NCBI GenBank assembly: GCA_032718475.1
Contig: JAUCBJ010006377.1
Location: 1-49,815 of the forward strand
DNA length: 49,815 nt
Source: Nemertoderma westbladi
Taxonomy: Eukaryota > Animalia > Xenacoelomorpha
Direction: 5' to 3'
Below, piece by piece: positions 25,740-37,349 of this stretch. The notes beneath the pieces are model-generated. The model was not told where the DNA came from. It saw only the letters and a list, made by a program, of their open reading frames with translations, and made no database searches. Both the position numbers and the translations under genes were made by a program. How positions within the stretch are numbered: the stretch's first letter is position 1; each line of letters starts with the position of its first letter.

Positions 25740-27830
25740 ATATGTTCAATGAAATAAGGAAACTAAGAGGCAATTTAACTGGGTTGAGTCACATTGTTGA
25801 TGGGGAAACATCGGGAGAAGGTATATCAAATAAATAATATATGTGTATAAATATATGCGGATTTGTATAACCAGGGATATACTACGGATTTCATAATTTA
25901 GAGTCTCGGATTAAGAATGGCATTGAAAACCTCCCCATGGGTGAAAGTCAGTGGGTAACTCCAGGTCTCGTTGCAGCAGCTATCGCCAAATTGAAAACTG
26001 GTAAATTGGATGTCTCTGGACAGTTCATTTTGGATTGTATTATAAATGCGCCTCTGAAGTTTGCGCAATTTCTTTCAGTTCTCTTTAATGCCAGTCTGGT
26101 CCACGGGTCGGTTCCTAAATTTATTTTAATTACATCACTAGTTTCGCTGGTTAAGGACAGTTTAGGTGATATCTCCAGGTCATCAAACTACAGAGTGATT
26201 GCCATTTCGTCGTTAATTCTGAAGGTCTTTGAGTGGATCATGGTTCTCTCGCAACATGATTCCTTACAAGTAGACGAAATGCAATTTTTCTTCCTGAAGG
26301 ATTCGAGTACATCAATGTGTACATGGGCCGCAAGTGAAGTTGTCTTGTTTTATTCGAGGTTCTCCACTCCTGTTTATGGATGTTTTATGGACTTGTCGAA
26401 GGCATTTGATATGGTTGACTGGGTTTCACTATTCCTACAACTATTAAAAAAAGGTTTCCCACCATTATTTATTAGAACTCTATTGTCTATATATAGGGGG
26501 CAATCATGTAGGGTGAAGTGGGGAGTCATGTCTCTGACATTTTTGGGATATCTAATGGAGTCCAGCAAGGTTCAGTCACCAGCCCTGTCCTCTTCTGCGT
26601 TATACTAAATTTGCTAGTACAGAAACTTCGAGACTCACAGGTGAGGTGTCATATTGGTTCTAGAGATACTTCGGTATTTTTATATAGATTAATTTAAAAC
26701 TTACACAGCATTGGGTAAAATATTAATATGATATATATAAAAAATAATAAAATAAATAAATAAATATCAGTAGGCTAAAAGTAAGTGGAGTCATCTAATA
26801 ATTATCTCAGAGGTCGAGACCACGCAGACCCGCCCCGTTGCCAAAGCCGAGAGATCGCCATGGACGACGACCACCCCTTAGGCAGAGCGAGCTGGACCTG
26901 AGGGCGAATTGGTGCCTCTTACGGACTCCTCCAAGTACCCCAACAAAGCCACACTCCCGCATTCCTTCACTCCGAGTCACCAGTGAGTCCGTGAGGTGCC
27001 GGATAAAAATCTCCATCTCTCTATGCCAGATGCTGTCAGTGGTACCAACAAGGGGTGTAAAGGACATCCTTCTTGCTCCGCACACGCTGTTGTAGTGCTG
27101 TTTCTTTGCGCAGACCCGTTGTTCAAGCAGGGAGGTCACTGATCGATAGGTTTGAGCATAAGAGCGGACGTCAGCGTTAATAACAGCGATGTCAAAAGAT
27201 GCCACCCTCTGATTGACCCAAATCCCCCGAGCGACCAGGTCCGCACGAATTTCTCCAACAGCTACTCCTTGGTGATCAAGGTGACCTGTCTCTAGTCACC
27301 TCCCTCTCTACTGCTGATCCACCAACAACAGCAGCTATCATATTTATATATATTATATGATATATGATATTATATTATATATATTTTTATATATGCTGAT
27401 GATATTTTATTATTGTGCCCATCTATAATTAGTTCATGGTTCATTTATGCACAGTTTTTGTGAAGGAATATAATATGACGTTTAGTACTAATAGGCCTAC
27501 TGATCCAAATAAAAGTAAAACTAAATGCATTCCTTTTGGGTTTATTTGGAAGCCTCCAATGGATAATATTTCGTTAAATAATGCAGATTTACCTTGGGTG
27601 CAACAGATATTAATAATTGGGCAACACTTTTCATTATACTGGTTTGTTTTCATGTAGTATTTTAATAAAAATGGGTCAATTTATTTGTAAACTAAGTAGT
27701 TTAAGACAAGAATTTCATTAGCTACATCCTAGCTCTTTGTCAGAATTACAATGTATCTATGCAATATCATTTTATGCTAGTTGTCTTTGGGATAAAGAAT
27801 GTACTCGTTGTTTACATCCTGCAAATTGTA
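25740..27830 (+). mobile_element. Decayed APE-type LINE reverse transcriptase, split by an insertion
   Basis: ORF 25937..26608 has SNYRVIAISSLILKVFE and GCFMDLSKAFDMV; a frameshifted NGVQQGSVTSP follows; GIFI|YADDILLLCP rejoins across 26687-27381; NKSKTKCI lies downstream. Confidence 0.85.
26687..27381 (-). mobile_element. 5'-truncated restriction-like-endonuclease (CRE-like) non-LTR retrotransposon
   Basis: RADLVARGIW..RVASFDIAVINAD..SY..AKKQHY..FTPLV motif of RLE domains; 12-bp TSD TATTTTTATATA at 26675-26686 and 27382-27393. Confidence 0.75.
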
Positions 27831-28197
27831 GATACAATTATAATGAGGTTCCTGGATTTTCTATGAATGAGTTAAATACTATACTAAACTTTGTTTGTAT
27901 GAGTTGATTTCGTTTATATGGTGCAGTCTACAATTTTACGGTACTTACTTAAATAGTTATTCTGTGCTGTGTAAAATTTAATTCTTATGTACTTACTCTG
28001 TGCTGTGTACAACTTAATTCACTCTTACTTATTCTGTACTGTATACAACTTAACTCATATGCATGAAATTAATAAATAATAATAATAATTAGTGGTGAGA
28101 AAGACAGTGAGCTACAAAGGAAATTACCAATAAGGGTGAGATATTAGTTAGGGATAATTACCTAACAGGTAGAGAAGACATTATCTGGAGAACCCCA

Positions 28198-28356
28198 TAT
28201 TAATAATAATAATATTGGTTATTTATATAGCGCTTTTCTACGCTCAGCATACTCAAAGCGCTTTTATTATCATTACCCCAGCAAAGCCAGGTTCCCATTA
28301 TACCGCTGGGTTGACGTAGGCACTAATGTCTAAAGTGTCTTGCCTAGGGACACAAC
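28198..28356 (-). mobile_element. 5'-truncated SINE (V/CORE-like centre, L2-type tail)
   Basis: The minus strand reads GTTGTGTCCCTAGGCAAGACACTTTA..AAAGCGCTTTGAG..AAAAGCGCTATATAAATAACCAATATT(ATT)n. Confidence 0.7.
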
Positions 28357-28498
28357 AGTGCGATAATGACAGTAAGGCCATGAATATTAGTGACCACATT
28401 ATATCCAACTATAATAATCATTATAATCGTAATAATATGCATAGTAGGAATAATAAAATAAATAATTGTACAAGTAGTAGTGTGGTTGTCACCTGTAT

Positions 28499-28744
28499 CA
28501 AGCAAGCAAACAGTCGGCTGAGGCTGGAGGCCACCCGAAGGCTCCTCTTTCGATAGCTGCTACCTGAGGGTAGGGGTGGGTGCTACTCCTATCCCAAGAT
28601 TTGCTCCCAGTAATTTACTGGTACTAATTTTATCGACCCCAGTGGATGAAAGGCTGAGTAGATCCTGGTGGGTCTGAACCTATAACCATTAGATTGCAGG
28701 CCCAGTGCTCAACCAACAGAGCTACCCCGCCCTACTATTAAACA
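28499..28744 (-). mobile_element. tRNA-derived SINE, copy 2 of the 1569-1819 family
   Basis: Aligns over its whole length with copy 1; 11-bp TSD GTCACCTGTAT at 28488-28498 and 28745-28755. Confidence 0.85.
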
Positions 28745-28824
28745 GTCACCTGTATAGTAGGAGAGATATATGCAAACTAGCGCAGCCCCTCTACTGACAT
28801 AGCAGTATGGCAGTAGTAATACAA

Positions 28825-29070
28825 GTACTCTTATACGTGAGTCCATGCTGTGCTCTAACTGCAAGGATACCAAATCTCTGGATGGCACTTTCACGAGAAT
28901 GCTGTGCCGGGTACACTGTGTCAAGTACAATGAACACATCTCCAACCAGACTCTATACAACATTGGAGTTGTTTCATGGAACCGCCTCTGCTTTGCAGGA
29001 CATTGCTTTCGCCATATGGACCAGCCAGTGCATAACCTTGTGCTTTGGTGCCCTCATGGAGCAAGCATGC
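28825..29070 (+). mobile_element. RTE-like LINE fragment
   Basis: TKSLDGTFTRMLCRVHCVK..RLCFAGHCFR..PVHNLVLW; same family as 33300-34025. Confidence 0.75.
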
Positions 29071-29140
29071 CGATCGTACTAGTAGTAGTAGTGCCTGCCA
29101 TGCTAATAATACTAAATTTATAAAATGCAGAGTAACTCAC

Positions 29141-29267
29141 CTGATAGTCCAAGATCAACATCTGATGCTATTTTATCATATATTTTGCTTTTATCTTCAG
29201 CAGAAGTTATTGACTTATTCCATAGAATAGGATATTGTGACACTTGGAAAGTTATTATTTCATCCAT
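29141..29267 (-). CDS. Multi-MADF gene first coding exon (N-terminal half of MADF-like domain 1); not in the supplied ORF track
   Basis: MDEIITFQVSQYPILWNKSITSAEDKSKIYDKIASDVDLGLS-G|GTGAGT, phase 1, which joins exon 2 in frame. An in-frame TAA lies upstream of the ATG. A probable acceptor at 29331/29330 implies a further 5' UTR exon. Confidence 0.75.
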
Positions 29268-30557
29268 TACCCAAGGACTAGGAGGGTACACTCCATTACT
29301 TTATTCAGGACAGTATCTTATTCCTAGAACCTACAATCATAACATATGAAATATGCTCTAATAACATATTTTACAATTATTATTACCTTACTACTGTATA
29401 AAGGAATATTGACACAAATAAATTATGTTTTTAATGCAGGGATAGTATACAATTATTAAACAATTTATTCATCTTATGGCCATAAATACAATAAGAATGA
29501 ATATAAACCAATATTTCTTGTATATAGAATATAATATATCATGCACCTAATACACCTAGCAAATAGCAAGCCAAATATTGAGACATGCTGTGGGCCTGTG
29601 AAGGGTACGCTATCATTATTGCCTGGCCTGAGAGCATTATTTGTCCGGGTAAAGGATTGATTGGGTGTGTATAGTAGATTGGATCACCAGGCATGATATA
29701 ATCAACTGTGATTGGTTACTTGGCTTATGATTAAACATCAATGGTTTTGATAGTGCCGCCCGTATTACCAATGTCCATTGAGCAGGGGTAGGGGAACCTT
29801 TATATTATTATATACATGCCAGCAGGCTTACCTTGGCAGTAGTGTTAGTAACAGTAGTGATGGGAATAAGTGATTGGTCAATAAAGGGGCCCACATGCAC
29901 ATATAGGTGCATTGTGGCTTTGTTTGGATGGCTCTGGTGATCCAGTAGTTAAAAATACATTACTCTGTTAATATTGCGTTATTATTAATGAATAACTTTT
30001 TAAAACAAAGGTGCTAAAGATAATGCCAGAGGTGTGGCAGATAATTGTTTCAAGAGATGCTGGCTATGCGCCGTAGAAGCAGGGCTGGCAAAGTAGGATT
30101 TTTAGCACCTAGGTATTTTAAATCAACTCTTAAGAAAATTTTATCAAAAATGTTTTTTAGGTTAGGTTTTTTAGTTAATGTACCATTATTAAATGGGGCT
30201 ACATTGCCCTGTGGGGCAAGTTTGCCCGATCTTTTCTTGGTCAACATAACACTGTTTGTCAGTAATTAATTAATTAATTAATAATTAAATTTTGTACTAC
30301 TGTGTAGAGCTATCATTTGGAGATTCTAACAGTATACAGTTATAGCTAATTATACCCAGTAATTTATTTATAATCGGCTTTGTGTTACTTATTATAATAT
30401 ACCCTCCCAAACGTAACCTCCCTGTTGACGAAACGCGACAGTTGCCGAAATGACGACGACACCAATCATATAGGTTCAAATCATACGTTATATAATAACA
30501 AACAATAAAAAACCTTTAGGATTTGTTAAAAAACCTAAGCATAATAACCTAAACCTA

Positions 30558-30731
30558 CGGTGGCTGATCTTTGCCAATTAATTAATTAATTTTTTTTCAG
30601 AAGTGTCGTCATAATTTATGGTCAAACATAAATTAATTTGATCGACCAAAAATTAATTTATGGTCGACTTTAAATTATGACGTCATGGAGAACTTCCGAC
30701 AAAAAAATTAATTGGCAAAGATCAGCCACTG
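30558..30731. mobile_element. Tc1/mariner-like MITE
   Basis: TIRs CGGTGGCTGATCTTTGCCAATTAA / TTAATTGGCAAAGATCAGCCACTG flanked by TA; a partial related copy is at about 37880-37966. Confidence 0.8.
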
Positions 30732-31049
30732 TATAATACTATTTTTTTCTTAAGAAAAACCTATGATTTGCCACCCCTGCCCTGTCTAGAAGTCATCAGC
30801 CTGCCTAGCAGTTCAATTTATGGCGTAATAAACAGACTATATGATTTAAATAAAAACACTTTACTCCAGCACTCCAGGTACCATGGTATGTAAAGTACTG
30901 GGCCTGTATTCATGAAATAGTGCCAAGTTGCTGATTCACTACATACTTATTAGTTGTGTATAATAATATTATTCAATGGTAGGCCAGTCTGCCATGTTGT
31001 GGAATACAATGGACATTGCCATTAACATCCCTGCTGCTGAGACTCCTGG

Positions 31050-31300
31050 TACTTAGTTCCAATTTGAGCCTCATTACATGTGAATTTAGTTCCAATGTAA
31101 ACGAATTTAGTTCCAATTTTGGCGAACTTAGTTCCAATATCTAGAGAAAGACGAAAACGAATTTAGTTCCAATGCATGCGAATTTAATTCCAATGGATGC
31201 GAACTTAGTTCCAATGGATGCGAACTTAGTTCCATGCTAACGAATTTAGTTCCAATGCAAGCGAATTTAATTCCAATGGAAGCGAATTTAGTTCCAATGT
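31050..31300. repeat. Array of GAATTTAGTTCCAAT motifs, probably transposon subterminal repeats
   Basis: About ten copies with variable spacers; inverted related motifs (TTGGAACTAA) at about 37718-37818 end in GACACCC. Confidence 0.6.
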
Positions 31301-31467
31301 TTAAGGTGTGGGGCGAGCCACGTAGTTGACGAAGAATCTGATACCACTGTTAGGTGGACGGTTAAATAATAATTGTAAATAACTAAACCAAACAACGCCC
31401 AACCTCCTAACCAAAACAATCTTATCCCAAACAACGCCCAACCTCTTAACCCACACAATTCAATTAA

Positions 31468-32692
31468 GGGGAGATGGTACCCCAGGCTACCCCCATACAT
31501 TTTACTATTAACACATATTACCATTACGCTGGTTCTACAAGATGGAATTTCATGAAAATTTCCAGAAAGGCGAAGTAACTATCGAGACACACCTGGAACC
31601 TAAAAAAAATTTGAAATTTTTATTTGTTTGAGGGTCACTTAATTGCACCAAAAACCCAAAAATGACACAGTTTCGAAATGTATAATAGAAATACATTTGA
31701 TAAATGGTTTCAAACACATGTTTTTAGAGGTTCCACAATTGTGTATGAGAACAATAAACCTGCTGCGAAAATTTCAGCCAATTCCATCAAGCCGTTTTCG
31801 AGAAAAGGTACATATAGGCCTATCTCTAAATTTAAAAAAAAAGTAAAATACTGAGAAAAACGCATTTAAAGTTTTCAAACCTTCCTTCTAATTTTATATA
31901 AATCGCGGTAAATTTCAAAAATAAGTCAAAATATAATAAAATACTACAGCGAACCAAAATTTACGATTTAGGGGTTTTCGTAGTCGCGGAGTTCATTTCT
32001 GATATCTGTTTTAATGTTTGATGATGTCTGGACTGTCTGTTTGTCTGTTTTTCTGTCTGTCTGTCTGACTATCAATCTCACAGACGATAAATAAGTAAGC
32101 ACACCACTATAATATAATTTATGATATGGGGATTTTCCTAGTCGCTGATTCCATTTCCGATGCCGATTTTAATATTTGACTGAACCTAGAATGTCTGTTT
32201 GTCTGTTATTATGTATGTCTGTCTGTCAGTCAAAATATAAGGAGGCATATCACCTGAACAAAATTTCTGATGTGGGGGTTTTCCTAGTCACTGATTTCAT
32301 TTCTAATAACTGTTTTAATGTTTGATGAAATCTGGACTGTCTGTATGTCTATCTGTCTGTCTGGTTGACTGACAGTCTCACAGACAAAATATATGTAAAC
32401 ACATCACTTTACTATAATTTCTGATATGGGGGTTTTCCTAGTCGCTGATTTCATTTCCGATGTAATTTTTAATAATTGGATGAACCTAGACTGTCTGTTT
32501 AATTCTGTCTGCATGTCTTTGCTTGTCTGTCCTTGGAAAAACAGACAACTTAAGCTTACTGTATCTGTATGATATGATGTTAGGATTTCGATTTCTGAAA
32601 TCTACGTTAAATTCTGATTTAGAATTAATAGAAAAAAAATTTCGAAAAGTTTTTTGAAAATTTTTTGAAAAGTTCTGGGGTACCATCTCCTC
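31468..32692. mobile_element. Non-autonomous TTAA-targeting DNA transposon (Kolobok-like)
   Basis: TTAA|GGGGAGATGGTACCCCAG ... CTGGGGTACCATCTCCTC|TTAA; four internal repeats of about 150 bp (GGGGTTTTCCTAGTCGCTGATTTCATTTC). Confidence 0.8.
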
Positions 32693-33017
32693 TTAATTTA
32701 ATCATTTAAAATTATATTCATAGTAAAATACAACACCCAAGCTCTTAACCCAAACTATGCCCAACCTCCTAACTCTGAACAACGCCCATCCACCTAACCC
32801 TGCTATTGTATTTGGAGTGAAAATGGCACAATGTGCATGACTTGAGTATAATACTACAGACTCAGTCAGTATCAGTATCAGTATACACGTGATTAATATA
32901 TATTTCAATATGTGTCATTATACTTTTAATTCATTAATAATAATTTGCTTTTAAAAAATGACAGAAAGGTTTTACAATTATTTACTACAATTATTGTTGA
33001 TCCTGACCCATCACAAA

Positions 33018-33070
33018 TGGTGGCAATACGTACGTTTCAGCCTATCAGGCCTCATCAGTAGCGCTAACCA
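33018..33070 (-). ncRNA. Type I hammerhead ribozyme, minimal, with an imperfect stem I
   Basis: The minus strand reads GCTA-CTGATGA-GGCCT gat AGGCT-GAAA-CGTACG-TA^TTGC. The core is intact with a GUA site and a palindromic stem III; there is one mismatch in proximal stem I and distal TGGT/ACCA pairing. Confidence 0.7.
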
Positions 33071-33299
33071 GTTCAGCCACTTGTCCCTGACATTCACTCT
33101 CTCACCTAATCCACTTCTATTGAACAGGCAGTCTTAAGTTGCATATCCTATCTCTAACAGCGGACCTACCGGCCTCAAGTATGTTAGAGTGAAACAGGAG
33201 GGAAGTACAAATAAATCAAAATTCAGCTCGAGTATTGCTGCCAGGTGATATTAAATAAATAAATTGGAGTTGAGCTGTTAATGCAACTGTAATTAAAGA

Positions 33300-34025
33300 T
33301 CACCCAGCTAGATCATCCACATCTTCAAGGCCAGTGTCCTTTAAGAAGCGTCTCAAGAAAGTCATGGGCTGTCCACCATGCTTATTCACTCCATGAGGCT
33401 GCCAAAGCACAAGATTATGCACTGGCTGGTCCTCACGGCGAAAGCAATGTCCTGCAAAGCGGAGGCGATTTTGTTCTAGTGTCAAGCTTGGGGGAACCAA
33501 TGAGACACCTCCAATGTTATATAGTGTCTGGTTGGAGATGTGTGCATTCTACTTGACACAATGAACCCGGCATAGCATTCTTGTGAATGTGCCATCCAGA
33601 GATTTGGTCTCCTCAGCAGGTAGAGCCCAGCATGGACTCCCATAGAAGAGTACTGGAACTTCTGCTGCTCTAAATAATCGGACGTTAAGTTTCCGATTAA
33701 TTCTCGGTGACTTCCAAATCCTGGAAAGCCCATTCAAGGCTGCCCATGCCTTTCCCTTACGTATTCGAAGGTCCTCACCTGACTTCCGGATCCATGATAC
33801 CAGGTAACAGAAGTCGTCCACATGTTCAAGCATACCATCCTTTGAGCTTATGCTCATCTGATCAGAGACTTGCTGAGGACTTTGAAAGTTAACTGTCAAA
33901 CTTTTGGTCTTTCTAGAGTTAATAAAACACTAGACGCAGCATGTTCAACGAGCTGAAGAGCCGTTGGCGTCCCTCTAGTGGTTCTGAGAGTACTCCTAAG
34001 TCATCAGCAAACTCTAGATCAGTTA
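33300..34025 (-). mobile_element. RTE-like LINE fragment (RT C-terminal part)
   Basis: DLEFADDLGVLS near 33990-34020; LEHVDDFCYLVSWI..KAWAALNGLSRIWKS..RLRFAGHCFR. Confidence 0.85.
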
Positions 34026-34027
34026 TC

Positions 34028-36060
34028 CTACCTATCCTTCTTATGTCCTCCCACCGCGCATCTGTGGCATAACCCAAATCTCCCTGTATAGGCTAATCGA
34101 TCTTCTTTCAGCAGTGCCTGCCACTGGTTGCAATCAATGGTCTTATGCGTCATATCCCATATATGCACATGCTTTCTATGTAGCTGGCACCTGTGGTTTG
34201 GATTATAACGCTCTCTGTATAGCGTCTTGCGTATTTTGTCCAGGTCCAAGTCGGATGGTTTGTTGTTTTGGTTGCACATACCCTCGTCAGGGGTGTTGTT
34301 TCCTCCATAGCCACCACAGTTGTTCTGTGGACTAGAAATCCCCACAACGGTTGCATATGGCAACGATTGCCTCACCCTCGGAAGTGCATCTGCAGCTCTG
34401 TGTTCCAGTTTAGGTCAGCTATATTCCACTTTCGGTACCTTGCCCAGACTCTCCTCGCTGTACACTGGATCCGTTATCAACTCGGCTTCGTAGTTAAGGA
34501 AGTTTGACATCTCTTCCAACCCTGGCTCTGCACTCTTCTTTTCTCAAGTGGTGAAAGCGATCTTCCTCCATTTATTCCTCAACCATATCGGTAGTGCCTG
34601 CGCTATGCTTGTGATATTACTTGAAGCATTAAGCTCGTATGGTGCTTCTAGCATTTTTAAAACTATTAATGCCTTTTCTACTTTGTTGGAAAAGGCTTTG
34701 ATACTAACAGAGTTATCCGCGAGTCCGCCTGATGTTATTCCCTTTAAGGTTTGTCGGATAATCTTCGCTGGATGGCCAAATTCCCTATCCAGAGCTCTCC
34801 ATGCTGTTGTAAATCCTCCTTCGATTCCCTGATATTGCCTCACAATATCATAGCAGCTCTATTCTAGTTTTTAGCGCGTCGATGAGTGTTGCCATTCCCA
34901 TTGCTTGAATTTCCAGCGCGCTCAACGGTACGGATGCAGGCTCCTTTGGTGTTGACTGTGCTTCACCTCTCAGGTTCGTCGACTTTCCCTGTGTGGGATA
35001 TATCATTGGGGGCAATATGGTCCCCTCCATATCTCGGTGTCGCATGATTTGTAGTTCAACTAGATTTGTTGCGATTTTTATTTTTGGTCGTGCGTATTGC
35101 GGATACAGTAATGGGGGAATGTCACCCTGCCCCCCCCCCCCCCCCCCACTGGTGTTATATTCTGCACTGGGGTAGATGTCATTATATTGGGGCCCATACA
35201 CTTATCTGCAATACCCCCCCCCCCCCCTCCCCTGGGTAGATATTATATCCTTGCATATTATAGTCATACTGGTGTGCAGGTACCAGTATTGGCCTAGCAG
35301 GTTCCTGCCTACTCACCAGTATGTAAGCCGCGACCTCCGGGTTTAATCCTGGCATTCATGCTCCTATCACCTACACTATCTCTCCCAGCATGGCCTATAG
35401 TATGTTCAGTAAGACCTACAGTATGTCCTGTGGTCTGAATGTGCTCCTCGCGATCGAAGTTTAATCTTCTCGAATATTCCGAGAACTTCCATATCGTGAC
35501 TACCATATCGTCGATTGGCAGCTACATTCTGACGGGAAGTTTCCCTTCGATCCCTTCTTCTACCTTCCTCCCCGTTCCGGTATCCCTGTACCTGTAACCT
35601 GTAACCTGTCTCTGTACCCCTCTCCCGGTGTGTGATATATTTCACCAGGTTGTTTTTCTCCGGGGCGATGGCAATTTCCCGAAGTACAACCCCACCGGCC
35701 ATCTCTCTCTACTTCGACTATCAACGGTGCACTGTCTGGCCTATCTCAATATCTCCAGTTGCCCGTAGCAACATTTCCTCGCTCATCTCTATCGTCCTCC
35801 TCGCGTCCTCCACTCCCGGTGTTATACCTACGTTCATGAGATTTAGTGTTGACCTCCTGGATGAACTCTACCATTCTTCTTCCGTTTTCCAAATGGGTTC
35901 GATGTTCCTTCGTTTGGCCGCTTGCGGTGTGAACGTTTTTCCCTTTACCCGGATGTACGGCCTCGTAGATATTCGCTGCCCTTCTACTCTCCTCTGTCGT
36001 CGGGTGCCACGGTTCACTTGACTCACCGCGCGCATTTCCCACCAACGCTTGCTGGGCATC
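34028..36060 (-). mobile_element. BEL/Pao LTR retrotransposon gag remnant
   Basis: GFTTAWRALDREFGHPAKIIRQTL..LPIWLRNKW (DUF1759-like) followed by zinc knuckles CQLH..HKTIDC and LCHRCAVGGH; frameshifted; no LTRs recognised. Confidence 0.7.
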
Positions 36061-36086
36061 TGTTGTCTCCCTCCTTTTCCCCCCGT

Positions 36087-37349
36087 ATTCTATCCCAAAA
36101 TCGGTACTTTAAGAAATTTAAATAAATAATTAAGAAAACTTACCCAAACTTTTATTAAAAAAAAAAACTTTCACATAATTAGCAGCTTGGCATCGATGTC
36201 ATAGAAGTCCACAGTCAAACTACTCAAAAAATTCAATGCATTCTTCAGTCCTCGGGTCTCACTCATCAGTTCGTCCAGTTTGCCCGTAGCGCTAGCGCAG
36301 TAGCGATATCAAAAGTCGAGGTCGCCAATGACACTGCGACAGACAGAGGCCTTGATGGCGAGTTGTTTGAGTACTGGTACAATTCCAAAACGTTGCTGGG
36401 TATTGCAGTATTGGGCTGTTGGGGTACCTAGTGCAGTAGTGGATACCGGAACATAGAATAAAGGTCAGCTGGTACGACCTGACAATATGTCAGTCTGTCT
36501 TAAGTCCTCATAATTTCACAACTTCCATGGCTGCATGGTTGCCGTTGCCGAGCCGATTGGTGGTAACAGTACCAGTACTGTACTGTAAAACATATGCTTA
36601 ATAAGATTAAATAAGGTACCGTACCGTACCGGTACATGATATGGCTTAATATAGTCGCGATATCGCAATTCAGACATCACTCAGGCAATTGCAGCAGTGG
36701 CAGGACTCCCTACCGCACACTCCCTACCGCACACTCCCTACCGCACACTCCCTACCCTACCATACCTACCATACTCAGATAATGCAGTAGCAGTACCACA
36801 CTGACAGACTGACAACCTAGAAAGCTAGGCCTATACCACATACAGCAACAGCAGTGAACAGTACCGGTACTGAGTACAGGCATCTCATGGTGGTACCGGT
36901 GTCGTACTCTGAACTCTTCCATCTGGAAATGCTGGAATGGCTGAAAGTGAAATAGCCTACCACACTTCCCAAGGCCACATTATTGCTGCATTGTACCGGT
37001 ATTGCTGAATTTCAAACTCACCTGATATATCCTGCAGTCCCCTAGCAACCAGCTGATGCCAAGCCTATTAATTTTTGGATAATTAAATTTATTATAACTG
37101 CAAGACAGTTACACAGATGCTGCACGAAGAAGCCACGCAAATTCAACTTGGAAAATTTCTAAAATTTTGCCAGACTACATTTGTACCAAGTTTGGATATA
37201 TTTTATCGAGATTTGGCTGAGTTATTAACGTTTAAAATTGGACACAAGGACACAACAGAACAACAGATCAACAGAACAACACACACACCGATTGAGTTAG
37301 TGGTACCTGTATGCTAAGCTCGCTTACTTTCGTTGCTAGCTCCACAAAA
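36087..37349 (-). mobile_element. Interspersed repeat copy B (inverted relative to 22568-23333), with about 500 bp extra internal sequence
   Basis: 36087-36415 and about 36915-37349 match copy A in reverse complement. The intervening 36416-36915 is absent from copy A and includes ACTCCCTACCGCAC repeats. Confidence 0.7.

Noticed and set aside
30027-30785. hAT-like element with CAGGG..TGGCAAA ends
   Set aside because: TIR-like ends are visible, but the pairing is ambiguous and there is no convincing TSD.
31050-31300. Repeat with variable spacers as a CRISPR-like array
   Set aside because: The repeats are about 15 bp and the spacers mostly 5-6 bp and related to each other, which fits transposon subterminal repeats.
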